NCBI GenBank assembly: GCA_964016885.1
Contig: OZ024740.1
Coordinates: 423,894,001 to 423,958,000 of the forward strand
DNA length: 64,000 nucleotides
DNA from: Eledone cirrhosa
Taxonomy: Eukaryota
Direction of reading: 5' to 3'
Within the stretch, counting starts at the first letter, position 1; every line of letters begins with the position of its first letter. A program made the position numbers and the translations under genes. Positions 14,238 through 27,371 of the stretch are shown here, piece after piece. The notes beneath the pieces were generated by a model. The model ran no database searches. It saw nothing but the letters and a program-made list of their open reading frames with translations, and was not told the DNA's origin.

Positions 14238-14438
14238 TCATCATCATCATCATCATCGTTTAACGTTCATCTTCCACGCTTGCATGGGTTTGGACGTGAG
14301 TTTTCCCACTTGAGGCAAGATTGGTTGTCCTGCTCGTATAGGACTGTCTGGCGGGTTTTCTACGGCTGGATGCTCTTCCTAACACCCACCACGTTTACAG
14401 TGTGGACTGGGAGGTTTTTACCGTGTTACCTACACGGC
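14238..14438 (-). mobile_element. SINE/RTE-type 3' half
   Basis: (CAT)n CGTTTAACGTTC...CTGGATGCTCTTCCTAACACC; ends at a TA array. Confidence 0.8.
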
Positions 14439-14827
14439 TATATATATATAGGATGTGTAAGATATGTGTATGGTATATATATATATTGTATATATAAAAT
14501 GTATATATAAAATATATATGTGGTATATATGTATAGGGTATATATATATATGTATACATGGTGTATATATATATACGTGTGTGTATGAAATATATATATA
14601 TATATGTGTGTATGAAATATATATATATGTATAGAATATATATGTATATGTATAAAATATATATGTGTATATATAAGATATATATATATATGTGTATATA
14701 AAATATATATATGTATGTATATAAAATATATATATATAGATGTAAAATATATGTGTATATGAAATATATATATATGTATGTATAATTTGTATGTGTATAT
14801 GTGTATAATATATATATATATATATAA

Positions 14828-15081
14828 TATCATCATCATCATCGTTTAACGTTCATCTTCCACGCTAGCATGGGTTAGACAGGAGTTGCTCTACTTGAGA
14901 CAAGATTGGTCGGGTGACCGTGTCTCGCTCGTATAGGACTATCTGGCAGGTTTTCTACGGCTGGATGCCCTTCCTAACACCAACCACATTTACAGTGTGG
15001 AACTGGGAACTTTTTACCGTGTTACCTACACGGCCACATTACAGCATGGACTGTGTGTTTTTTTGTTGTGACACCTACACG
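14828..15081 (-). mobile_element. SINE/RTE-type 3' half
   Basis: Same module as 24164-24420 and 58662-58826. Confidence 0.85.
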
Positions 15082-15109
15082 ATCTTGATCTCATTATCTC
15101 ATTTATTTG

Positions 15110-15144
<35 letters not shown>

Positions 15145-15167
15145 ATAAAAGTTCTTTCATCAGACAC

Positions 15168-15231
<64 letters not shown>

Positions 15232-15261
15232 TCTATGAAAGTTCTTTCATCACAAACCTAT

Positions 15262-15598
15262 ATAGGCACATGGCTTAGTGGTTAGAGCATTGGCCTTGCA
15301 ATCGAAAGGTTGTGAGTTCAATTCTCAGACCGGGTGATGTGTTGTTTCCTTGAGCAAGACACTTTATTTCACATTGCTCCAGTTTACTCAGCTGTAGAAA
15401 TGAGATGATAGGGACTGGGGTCCCTATCATTCCTCTGCAAAGTGGTCGTGTAGGTGCCACGGCAAAAAAGCATCCAGCACTCACTGTAAATGAGGTTGGT
15501 GTTAGGAAGGGCATCCAGCTGTACAAATCAAGCCAGAATCAGTTCCCGTCCCACCCTTGCAAGCAGGGAAAGTGGACGTAAAATGATGATGATGATAT
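15262..15598 (+). mobile_element. Full-length tRNA-derived SINE: Pol III head, CORE-like domain, RTE-derived body and RTE tail
   Basis: A-box TGGCTTAGTGG, B-box GAGTTCAATTC, CCTTGAGCAAGACACTTTATTTCAC, GGAAGGGCATCCAG and a tail matching RTE subfamily C; near-identical copy at 59097-59445. Confidence 0.88.
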
Positions 15599-15945
15599 AA
15601 TTGGAAATGACCAAGGATTAATATTATTATTATTTATTTATACATCTACAAACATTTCAACACAAGCAGAATATATCATCAGTTGTGGAGAACCCCCCTC
15701 ACTTGCGATATTATCAGTTAAATGACTCCATTATAGGCACTGAAGAATGAAGGGTAAAAATCTGCATTGAGCTTAATTCATCTTACCAATGAAAATAGTG
15801 AACAGTTATACTATAACCTCATATATTACTCTCTATATATATACATATATTAATGTGTATATATTTGCAAAACGTTGGGTGCTTTAACTTATTACATCAT
15901 GATTTGCTAACTGGAATGACCAGATCATACTACACAACATAAATG

Positions 15946-15993
<48 letters not shown>

Positions 15994-17134
15994 GCGTTAT
16001 TAGCACAAATTAACAGTTTAAGCAAACAATTTCTGATTTCACCCTGGAGCAGGATCTTCTGGAATTAAGAAATATCAATCAGTAGATGCAGATGTAAATA
16101 TTTCAAAACAATTATGACCAACCCCAGTACTGGACTGGTACTTTATTAACCTCAGAAGGATGAAAGGCAAAGTTGACCATGGCAGGAACTCAGAGTGCGA
16201 AATGAGTTAGGTCGAATACCATAAAACATTCTATCCGATGTCTTAACGACTCTGCCATTTCGCCGTATATATATATATATAAACCTGTTCCAGCCATCTG
16301 GCTAAGGCCATGCTGGGGCACCGCCCTTATTGCTTCACTATCTATATCCAGCCTGCATTAGCTGCTCATTGATGTAGGAGGGAGTTCATTTCTCCTGCCC
16401 TTAGGTTACCATTACCATTTCAGAGAGAAGAATCAATCAACAAGATCCCAGATCTCACTGAGTGAGATGGAACTCATCAAATTGGACCAAGGAGACATTG
16501 TTTCTATTAGTTTTTCCATTGCTGATATTATCTACCAGAAGGAGCAATGTGATATAAAGTGTCTTGCTCAAGGACACATTGCCCAGTCAGGAATCAAACT
16601 TATAACCTTATGATTGTGAAACCAATTCTTTAACCACTAAGCCACACACCTCACATTTGAAGAGCTACCAATTAAAGTGTGTACAGACTAGTAATAACAG
16701 GATCTTCAAGTTATTTTGAGATCCTTGTGATAAGAGAGCAACACATTTTCTATGAAGTTATTACACCAGCTATTATAATCAACACAGTTTTGTTTTACTT
16801 TATTTTCCTATCTTATTTATATTTTTATATTTTTTGTTACTTTGTTTCTTGAACCTGCAACAGCTGGAATCACTTTCATGGGTGATCTAAGAATGCAATG
16901 TATAAATTTACTAATTCTGAAAGAAATTATTTTTGATTATAACTAAACAAGAAGGGAAATACCTAGACATAGGTAGCTCAACCAATAAATATAAAAATAC
17001 TTCTAGACTAGTTTAACACCCTTGATACCAATCTGACTGACAAAATGGCATTGGTTACTTTAATACATAACTGTCTAATTTTATGCAAGAACATTTTCCT
17101 AAGTTTTGTTCAAAATATAGGACCCAGTATATTT

Positions 17135-17430
17135 TCTTCACCCACTTATCCCTGAGAGGATCGTGGGGACAGAGTCCTCAAACAATCCTTCCAGCAGATC
17201 CTGTTAGAAGCAACCGTCTCCAATTGATCTGGCTGCACTCCCAGGCGAGAACAGTTAAGCTCATGGATGTTATCCAACCAACTTGCTCGACGTCTACCTC
17301 TGGGCTTCCTGCGATTCTTTCCTGAGATATTCTAACCACATGCTCATAGTATCGGAGCTGTGATCTCTCAATTCAGAGAAGTAGTGGCTTTACCTAGAGC
17401 GACTCTTTGATTTCCAAGCTATGCACTCAA
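17135..17430 (-). mobile_element. Old RTE-clade LINE 3' fragment
   Basis: Minus strand reads ERSQLRYYEHVVR...PRGRRRASWLDNIHEL...NRICW, a typical RTE ORF end with frameshifts. Confidence 0.7.
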
Positions 17431-17924
17431 TGTTAATCCCAGTATCATATGCCAAATAATTTGATGAAATATTCTTCTCCTAAGTCTTGTTCAAAACATT
17501 AGGCCAGTATAACATACAAAATTACGAAGAAGTAGTTATTCTCTTAAATCTTTCAAATTCTTGATTAATTTCAAAATTACTTGCAGTGTATATTGTTAAA
17601 CTATGGGCACATAAAATAGTTAAAAGACTTCATTATTGAGGTGTCACACATCCTTCATCATTATCATTATCATAATCACCATTTAATATCTATTTTTCCA
17701 TGTTTGCATGAGTTAGATAGGAAATTACATTGGTGAGGACGAGATCCTTATAGACTAAAGATATTCCAGCAAAGACACTGAAGAACTTCTGTCTGCAACA
17801 ATGCCAGAACACAGTCATTCCAACAATGTCTGTTCTGAGAAACAATTGAATGGTTTTCCAAAATTAATTGAAATTCTGGTGAAATTTACAAATAGCAAAT
17901 TTGTTCAGGACATATTTATTTCCA

Positions 17925-18170
17925 TCAGCCCCACACTGTAAAGTGGTCAGTCCACACTGTGAAGTGGTTGTGTTGGTGACACGACTAAAGGCACCGAGTC
18001 CACACTGTAAATGTGATCGGCATTAATTAGGGCATCCAGCCATAAAAAACAAGCCAAAATCAGTTCTGTATGAGTTAGACATGGTCACCTGACCTGACTT
18101 GTCTCACAACAGGACAACTCATCCAATCCATACTAATGTGGAAAATTGAAGTTAAACAGTGATGATGAGA
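17925..18170 (+). mobile_element. Diverged SINE 3' half
   Basis: CCACACTGTAAAGTGG units, GGGCATCCAGCC and GTTAAAC..GATGATG tail. Confidence 0.7.
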
Positions 18171-18284
18171 TACTAAAACAAAAACTAGGAATGTAGGCAG
18201 GAAGAAGCTAAAATTAGATGGGGAAACCCTTTCTGAGGAACAATAAAATATATTTATGTTATTTTTACCTATAATGATAAAGTG

Positions 18285-18338
<54 letters not shown>

Positions 18339-19525
18339 CATCTAGCTAAAGAGCAGAATAACTATGTATGTTACAAGCAAATTAAAGTAGTTAGTTAGAA
18401 CACATTATTACCCAGTCTATCATGAGAAGAGTAACACAGGTATCACCACCCATGTCACAAATCATCAAAAGTAAAATATATTTACTTATGAACACATGCA
18501 TGTATGCATACACACACACACACACACACACATATGAGTACATGCACATTTATGAATATATAAACACACACATACATATGTATACACACCCACACATAGC
18601 ATTGCTAGCAGGAAAAACAAAACAAATGTTAAATGATGCTACATATACACCCACATATATGTGTAGATATATAGGAAAACACTAACAGACAATACATCTG
18701 TATTATACAGGATTCCTACAAACATAAGAGTACTCCTATCATATTACAATGCTAAGACAACCACACTAACATGTACACATGGTGTATAAGACTAACAGGT
18801 CAAAGGTCAAGAGTCATTTTTCAAATTTCTGTAATAAAACCAATACAAATGCTGGCACTGACAATTTCAGAAAGCACATTTTCCTACAACAAAGGAGGTA
18901 GTAAAAACAACCCACAATACACTACATCCAAATGATGTGACTGTCAAAGTCTAGAAACATTGACTGAATCTAGGAACTTTGCTGTTACAAATGAGCTGCA
19001 ATGGACACAAATGAGAAAAACCTGATAAAAAAGTTTAAAGTAAAAGGAGTGGGCAGACGGGAGTGGGGAGGGAGCACTTCAGGTTTAGAGTGGGGTAGTA
19101 TTTTATAACAACAAACATGTAGTAATGTGTGGAACTGTGGTGAGGTGGTACTTTATGACAACAAACAAACCCTTACATGGTCACATAAGCTACTAGAAGT
19201 AACACCCACATCTTACTCAAATTATGCCCCACAATTTTAGAAAAGAACACATTGAATGATGTGGTCCTGAGTTCCCTTCCATTTGTATAAGACAGGGTGG
19301 TCACATCTGGAGGGCCTTGGATTATAGATCTACTCAATGAGGGATGATCCGGAGCTGAACAACAACAATCAATTACAAGAGAAAAACACCCCCCCCACAC
19401 ACACACACACAGACTCACACTCTCACACACACACACAGACTCACACACACACAGACAAACAATAACAAAAAAAGTTAATATCAAGCTGTCACATTCAGAA
19501 GAAAGTAGTAAACACCAACACTGAC

Positions 19526-19673
19526 CTTGTGCTGCGCCACCATCATGACCCGATACTGCTTGCTGTGCTGCGGCAGCTGCAGCTGTTTTAGCTGCATATA
19601 AATTTGCTTCTTCCTGCGCTTTACCAATATTTTTTTTATACCGAATTCGTTTATTTCCAAACCAGTTCGATAC
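19526..19673 (-). CDS. PBX: Internal exon of PBX/extradenticle TALE homeobox gene (homeodomain helix 3 plus C-terminal extension)
   Basis: Translates [73 protein letters not shown] is diagnostic of PBC-class proteins. Polypyrimidine tract plus CAG acceptor (phase 0) and GTCAGT donor (phase 1). Not in the ORF track. Confidence 0.96.
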
Positions 19674-19897
19674 CTGCAGCAGAAAGAAGAAAAGTTGTAA
19701 GAAATATTAGTTGGAACAAGAAGGTATAAACAAGTTTAAGACATAAGAAAATACAATAAATTATTCATCAAATTGTGTTTTGAACACTTTGAATAATCCA
19801 ACACAACTCAACTGAAAGTAGAGAAGAGCAGTAACTTGATATTTGTCTCATTGACATATTTTACTAAAGACTATTGACTCATCATTGTTATTTTATG

Positions 19898-20125
19898 AGG
19901 GAGGTGGATTGACAGTAATTGGTAGAGTGTTGGACAACATTTTGTCACATAGAGTTACTGTCCTTTATGTGCTGAATTCAAATCCCACCAAGGTTAGCTT
20001 TGCCTTTCATCCGTATGGGGTCAATAAAATAAAGTACCAGTAACAAACACACTGGGGTCGATTTAACCAATTTTTCCCTCCTCCAAAATTGTTGGCCTTA
20101 TGCCTCAATCAGAAACCATTATTAA
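19898..20125 (+). mobile_element. tRNA-derived SINE, Meta-like central domain, diverged
   Basis: TTCAAATCCC B-box then CTTTGCCTTTCATCC..GGGGTC.ATAAAATAAAGTACCAG; same family as 23508-23692. Confidence 0.75.
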
Positions 20126-20242
20126 GATGGTATTTGGAACAAATAATAGATTAACAAAGGTTCTAACATAAAATTATGGTGGAAGGTTTCTAGATAAATA
20201 TAAACTTTTTAAAACAAACAGTTTTGTATGATAGAGCAAAGA

Positions 20243-20462
20243 GTGGGTGGTTGGTACCAAAATGGTTAGGTTGGTTACTTCACTAAATCTCTTGTACTTG
20301 TGGGGTGGTGGGTACCAAAAGTGCTATGTTAGTTACATCACTAAACCTCTTGTACTTGTGGAGTGGTTGGTACCAAAATGCTAGGTTAGTTACTTTATTA
20401 AACATCTTGTAATTCTGGGGTGGTTGATACCAAAAATGTTAGGTTAGTTACTAAACCTCTTA
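20243..20462. repeat. ~58-bp tandem repeat, about 4 copies
   Basis: GTGGTTGGTACCAAAA...TTAGTTAC...AAACCTCTTGTACTTGTGG repeated. Confidence 0.85.
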
Positions 20463-21021
20463 TATTCTTGATAATTCTGATATTTTAACATAAAGGCTAA
20501 ATATATTCTTGCTAGAATTATGATCACAAAATTGGTAAACCTTCTTGACTGGGGAATAAATTCAGTAGAACATAATTTAACATAGAAGCATATATTGGAA
20601 CCAATATTTAGTTTGTTGAAAATGTGCATGTGTATGTGTGCATGTGTTTTTGTACATGTGTGTGTGAATGTGTGTATGTGCATGAGTGCATGTGTATGTG
20701 CACGTGTACATATGTGTGAGTGCAAGAGTATGTGTACATGCGTGTGTATGTGCACGTGTACATATGTGTGAGTGCAAGAGTATGTGTACATGCGTGTGTA
20801 TGTGGTCTTTTATCATCATCATCATCAGCATACCACCATTTCTCCGTGTCTGTGCAGTACAGGGAATTGTCATGCATAATTTGCATTTTAATTCCATTGA
20901 CAAACAATGCAGCTGTCACTAACACAATGTCAGACATCTTTTATTTGTTTTTTCTTTTTGACACACATATATATCATATTTGTCAACATCACAACTGTTT
21001 GCCTCTCTCTCTCTCTCTCCT

Positions 21022-21055
<34 letters not shown>

Positions 21056-21244
21056 CACACACATACATATATATACACATACATGTCACACACATGTATA
21101 TATATATATAATGTATACACACATTAGACTTACTAATCGGTAAATAATGCACCTAATCGTTTACCAGTTTGTTGAATGAGAATCATCAGTACTTCTGCAT
21201 GAATATATAATATCAGAAACAATGACTATATGTCTACATTTAAC

Positions 21245-22024
21245 AGACAAAAAGTGTCCAGTCCACACTGTAAAGTGGCCATGTTGGTGCCACAACAAAA
21301 ACTGTCCAGTCCACACTGTAAAGTGGCCATGTTGGTGCCATGACAAAAAGTGTCCAGTCCACACTGTAAAGTGGTCATGTTGGTGCCACAACAAAAACTG
21401 TCCAGTCCACACTGTAAAGTGGCCATGTTGGTGCCATGACAAAAAGTGTCCAGTCCACACTGTAAAGTGGTCATGTTGGTGCCACAACAAAAACTGTCCA
21501 GTCCACACTGTAAAGTGGCCATGTTGGTGCCATGACAAAAAGTGTCCAGTCCACACTGTAAAGTGGTCATGTTGGTGCCACAACAAAAACTGTCCAGTCC
21601 ACACTGTAAAGTGGCCATGTTGGTGCCATGACAAAAACTGTCCAGTCCACACTGTAAAGTGGCCATGTTGGTACCATGACAAAAACTGTCCAGTCCACAC
21701 TGTAAAGTGGCCATGTTGGTGCCATGACAAAAAGTGTCCAGTCCACACTGTAAAGTGGCCATGTTGGTGCCACAACAAAAACTGTCCAGTCCACACTGTA
21801 AAGTGGTCATGTTGGTGCCACAACAAAAACTTTCCAGTCCATACTGTAAAGTGGTCATGTTGGTGCCACAACAAAAAGTGCCCAGTCCACACTGTAAAGT
21901 GGTCATGTTGGTGCCATGACAAAAAGTGCCCAGTCCACACTGTAAAGTGGTCATGGTGCCATGACAAAAAGTGCCCAGTCCACACTGTAAAGTAGTCATG
22001 TTGGTGCCACAACAAAAAGTGCCT
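21245..22024. repeat. 48-bp minisatellite (about 16 copies) derived from the SINE/RTE internal unit
   Basis: Unit GTCCAGTCCACACTGTAAAGTGGCCATGTTGGTGCCACAACAAAAACT matches the CCACACTGTAAAGTGG...GGTGCCAC...AAAAA unit in SINE bodies (e.g. 34735-34810). Confidence 0.92.
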
Positions 22025-22648
22025 AGTATTTATAGAAAATTTAGCTTCAATACACTTTTTGACTATGGAAAAAAGTTAACAGCATCGTCTGTGGGACTTG
22101 AACCCACATCTGCTGTATGCTAGACAGTCTGAGCTACTGATTGCTTCAAAGCAAGGCTGACAGAATGTAATGTTATATAAACAATGATCTATGTAACCCT
22201 AGGTAGTTTTGTGTTCACCCTAAAGGTTGGATGAAATGAAGATTTTAGTGGAGCAAGTGTGGGTAAGATATCTCGATGGCATTGTAAAGAAGCCATCTTT
22301 AATAGTATTAGATCAATAAAGAACTCATATAATGATAATACTAAAACTGTAATAATTCTTGGTCACCTCACTTCATAGTTGCAACCTTTCCATGTATTGA
22401 TCAAGACACTTCAAAACTTTCATCATTATTTAAGAGTTGATAAATTTCATGAAAATAGAAATGAGCAAGAATTATCTGCAACTGTCAAGATCAAATGTAC
22501 CAGTATTGCGCTCCTCTCTGAGCTGGTGAGGAAATCTTAGGGGGGACATTAATGAAAACGTTGTTATAAAAGTCTTTAAGAAAATGTGGTATAAATAACA
22601 ATTTTCAGAGAGTATTGAAAATAACCTTCTCTAGGAAGATTCTGTGTG

Positions 22649-22949
22649 CAAGGCCAAATTTAATGGGAGCAAATGGGGCTCTTGTGCCGGGCCCCTGCAG
22701 TGTGGGGAGGAGGGGGGGACCAGCGACAGCCATAGCAATTTATTTGTGCCCTCAGCTGGGCTTTTTAGTTCGAATTTTTTAATTTAATACCTGTATGTAT
22801 AACTTTTCAATTCCAATTACTTGCACCAAGCTAACTTTGATATGTAAAACTGGTGGGAGGGGGTGTGCTGTGTATTTTAAATTTTTTGTGTATGAGCACC
22901 CACCAAATCCAAAGTGCTTTGAGTCCCCCAAGGTCTAAATCCTACTCTG
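22649..22949. mobile_element. Degraded hAT-type MITE
   Basis: Worn TIRs CAAGGCCAAATTTA / TAAATCCTACTCTG with an imperfect 8-bp flanking duplication TCTGTGTG / TCTGAGAG. Confidence 0.45.
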
Positions 22950-23507
22950 TCTGAGAGTAGCTGATATTTCTTAGAATTCAAAGATAATATTACCAAATTT
23001 TCAGTCTTTGAAGAAAGCAACACTGATGAAGAATGATTTATGATTTTTTTATGAGTTTCCTTCCATTACAGTAATTTATTTTACACCATCAAGATTATGA
23101 TTTCCTCTCCATTAAAACTGTTAAACCACTTTATTTTATTTACCAGGTATTTTTTTTGTTTCTCTATATAAGAATATAAGTATGTAGTGACATTATTCCT
23201 ATTAAGTAGGGCTAAAACTTTTATACGTCCAGCTTTATATATGGTTAAATATGGTGTGTGTGTGTGTGTGTGTGTAAACTACAGCTTACTTAGTATCATG
23301 TATCATACTCTTGTTAAGGGCCTTAGATGCCTCTTTGAACCTCACTCCTTTGATCCAGCAGTCCATCCCTCAAAACTTCCCTTCGCCAACACTACACCTG
23401 ATATACCACTCCATACACACACCCGCATGTTGGTGGTGTTGTTATTCATAATTTTATGAATGACTTGTTCACTTTCCCGACTTTTGTACATTATTCTATG
23501 TACTATA

Positions 23508-23692
23508 GCGGTGGATTGGCAGTATTGGTAGAGTGTCGGATGCCATGCTTTGACGCAGAGAGTTACGGCCCTTGCCATTCTGAGTTCAAATCCCGCCGAG
23601 GTTAACTTTGCCTTTCATCCTTACGGGGTCGATAAAATAAAGTACCAGTAATACACTGGGTCATTGCTGGCCTTGTGCCTAACGTAGAAACA
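23508..23692 (+). mobile_element. tRNA-derived SINE (Meta-like) with 18-bp target-site duplication, inserted in an older LINE-like 3' tail
   Basis: TSD ATTATTCTATGTACTATA at 23490-23507 and 23693-23710; B-box GAGTTCAAATCCC; the host tail also occurs uninterrupted at about 12500-12600. Confidence 0.85.
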
Positions 23693-24163
23693 ATTATTCT
23701 ATGTACTATACATGCACCTTTGATGAATTGTAGTGCACCTGAGCACTGTACATAATAATTTATATTATCAAGGACGTGACTGCTGGAAAGAGAGAGAGGG
23801 CTGTATCACCATTGGGACGGTACTATCATTATTGACCCTGAAGGGTGTGAAAGCCAAAGTGGACCTCAGTGGGGTTTGAACTTAGAATTTGCAGACACCT
23901 GGAACAAATATGTAATGCTCTACTGGCTCTAACAAATCATATTATAGACACATGCATGCACATACACATATGTATGCATGTGTATATTCTGAGTTTTAAA
24001 AAAAATATATATATATACACACACATACATATAAATATATATATACGCGGTACCCCAGCATGGCCTCAGCCGGATGGCTGGAACTAGTAAAAGAGTAAAA
24101 GGGTAATATATATATCTAAGTGCACTACCTATAACAATAATTTGTTATCCGGTATATATATAT

Positions 24164-24420
24164 AATCATCATCATCTTCATTTAACGTCCATTTTCCACG
24201 CTAGCATGGGTTAGACGGGAGTTGTCCCACTTGAGGCAAGGCTGGTCGGGTGACCGTGTCTCGCTCATATAGGACTATCTGGCAGGTTTTCTACGGTTGG
24301 ATGCCCTTCCTAACACCAACAACATTTACAGTGTGGAACTGGGAGGTTTTTACCGTATTACCTACATGGCCACATTACAGCGTAGACTGTGTTGTTTTTT
24401 TTGTCGTGACAACTACACAA
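24164..24420 (-). mobile_element. SINE/RTE-type 3' half
   Basis: Same module as 14828-15081. Confidence 0.82.
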
Positions 24421-24528
24421 ACTCTATCTCATTTTCTCGTGCTGTTGGTGGGAGTGGGAGGATAGGGTAGGGATATACATACATATATATATACATACAT
24501 ATACATATATACATACATACATATATAT

Positions 24529-24567
<39 letters not shown>

Positions 24568-24577
24568 CATACATATA

Positions 24578-24613
<36 letters not shown>

Positions 24614-24617
24614 TATA

Positions 24618-25574
24618 CAAGCTAACTAAGAACATAGATTTTATATGTGGCCGGTGCTCTGGTGCAATAAGTAGCAGCAAGTGCCCACTGAATACTAGCT
24701 CATTCAATTGCACAGATGGTTCTATAGAAATAGTAGACAGCTTCCGTTACCTGGGTGACAAAATCAGCAGTGGGGAGGGTGTTCTGAAAATACAGTAGCT
24801 AGAGTCAGAACTGGATCGAAAAAGTTCAAAGAGCTTATACCACTATTAGCCGCTAAAGGGTTCTCCCTAAAAATGAAAGGCAGGCTCTGTAATGCCTACA
24901 TACAAACAACAATGTTGCATGGCAGTGAGACCTGGGCATTGTGTGCAGAGGATATACGCAGACTAGAGAGGAACGAAGCTTGCATGCTCCGTTGGATGTG
25001 TAATAGTAATATACGTAAACGGCAGAGCATAAACGAACTAAGGGAAAAATTAGAAATAAGAGGGATCAGATGTTGTTTACTCGAGAGAAGGCTACGTTGG
25101 TATGGTCACGTGATGCGCATGAAAGACGACAGCTGTATAAAAAAGTGTAGGGCAATAAAAATAGACGGTAGCCACGGAGTAGGCAGACCCAGAAAAACCT
25201 GAGACGACTTGATAAATTCCGACCTCACACACACTTACACCTCTCCAAGACAATGTCACTGGACTGAGATCTTTGGCGCTACACAGTAATAGAGAAGACC
25301 CGCCTTACCTAAATACAAAGTAAAACCTACTACAGTCAGTAGGTACCTCTAACAAAATACACCCCCGTCGTGTAGGTATCACGACAAAAAAACACACAGT
25401 CCACGCTGTAATCTGGCCGTGTAGATAACACAGTAAAAACCTCCCAGTTCCACACTGTAAATGTGGTTGGTGTTAGGAAGGGCATCCAGCCGTAGAAAAC
25501 CCGCCAGACAGTCCTATGCGAGCAAGACAACCACTTTTGCCTCAAGTGGGAAAGCTCCCGTCCAAACCCATGCT
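24618..25574 (+). mobile_element. 5'-truncated RTE LINE (subfamily A), disrupted ORF, with composite 3' UTR
   Basis: Encodes [20 protein letters not shown]...[12 protein letters not shown]...GRPRKT with stops; 3' module contains GGAAGGGCATCCAG. Confidence 0.92.
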
Positions 25575-25582
25575 ATAAAATT

Positions 25583-25799
25583 CATATATATATATATATA
25601 AACATACATATATATACACATACATATATATATATATACATACATATATATATATACACATACATATATATATATATATATATAAACATACATATATATA
25701 TATACACATACATATATATATATATATACACATACATATATATATATATATACACATACATATATATATATACACATACATATATATATATACACATAC

Positions 25800-25830
<31 letters not shown>

Positions 25831-26057
25831 CACATACATATATATATATACATACATATATATATACACATACATATATATATACACATACATATATATA
25901 CATACATACATATATATATATACACATACATATATATATATACACATACATATATATATATACACATACATACATATATATATATATATACATACATATA
26001 TATACACATACATATATATACACATACATATATATATACACATACATATATATATAC

Positions 26058-26150
<93 letters not shown>

Positions 26151-26165
26151 TACATATATACATAT
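25583..26165. repeat. Compound (TA)n/(CATA)n array
   Basis: Direct observation. Confidence 0.95.
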
Positions 26166-26183
26166 ATGTAGTATATGTGTTGT

Positions 26184-26487
26184 TATTTCTGCTTGCATTT
26201 TGCATATATACATATATATATCTATATATATGCTTGCGTGGACCCCTCTCAAAAATTCGTTGGATTTTCTAATTGGATACCCCAACACTGGATACCAACA
26301 CTGAATACACCTGAACTTCTACCAGGAAATCTTTCGTTGTCATTTCTGCTTGCATTTTACATATATAGATATATATATCAATGGTTGCGTGGACCCCTCT
26401 TAAAGATTCGTTGGATTTTCTAATTGGATACCCCGAAACTGGATACCAATTACTGAATACACCTGAACTTCTACCAGGAAATCTTTC
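26184..26487. repeat. Tandem duplication of a ~158-bp unit
   Basis: ATTT.CTGCTTGCATTTT...GCGTGGACCCCTCT...CTACCAGGAAATCTTT occurs twice (26184, 26342). Confidence 0.85.
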
Positions 26488-27371
26488 ATATCAGTGAAAA
26501 TTTTCTTTTCTTTGCTTCATATATATTATATATACTTGTCCGCCATTGCAAAAGGCCATAAATTCAAAATTTTGAAGAGAGAGGAAAAGAGAGAAGTGAT
26601 CTATGAACTTGTAACATCTCACTGACCCCCCCCCCCCCCGTCACCACACTAACAATAACGCCTACACTCGCTCTCCACCATCACCACATTACTCTAAGGT
26701 CGCTGTCCTGTCCCCTGTTGACATACTGCTGACTCTCTTTTGATGTATGTATGTGTATATACATATGTGTATGTGTGTGTATATGTATATCTCAGTGGAT
26801 GCGACCAGATTTCAACACAGCAACAACTACAACAACAACAGCAGCAACACCAACAACAACAACAACAGCAACAACACCATCGTCTGTGTTGAATGTGTGT
26901 GTATGTATTTGTATATATGCGACAGCAATAACAGCATCAACACCATTGTCTGCAGCAACAGCAGCAGTGAAATGAAGGACAACAACAATAGTAACAACTA
27001 CAATAACAACTACAGCACCAACAACTGCCACCACCATCACCACACTGCCACCACCATCACCACACTGACACCATCCACCACCGCCATTACCAGCGTAAAG
27101 CAAACAATTATTATTGTTATTGTTATTATATACAAGCGGAACTGGACTGGGAAAGGTCAACAGTTGACATGATAGTGATTTTGACGATTTTGATTTTGAT
27201 TTTGTATCAGTACTGTCGGTAATATATGTATATATATATGTGTTTGTGAGTGGTGTGTGTGATTGTATGCATGAATGAGTGTTGGTATGTGTGGTTGTGG
27301 TTTGTATGCATGAGTATTGGTGTGTGAGTCGTGTCAATAAGTTGTTTTTTTTTTTTTTTTTTTTTAATGAC

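Noticed and set aside
15265-15335. tRNA genes at 15265, 59100, 23508 and about 22085-22155
   Set aside because: A/B boxes are present but there is no complete cloverleaf; the first three run into SINE bodies and the last is degenerate.
21161-22024. CRISPR-like array or Cys/His/Trp-rich repeat protein
   Set aside because: No unique spacers and no cas genes; the unit is SINE-derived and open in several frames on both strands.
26747-27337. Asn/Thr/His-rich ORFs
   Set aside because: CAA/CAC trinucleotide low-complexity DNA; no splice or homology support.
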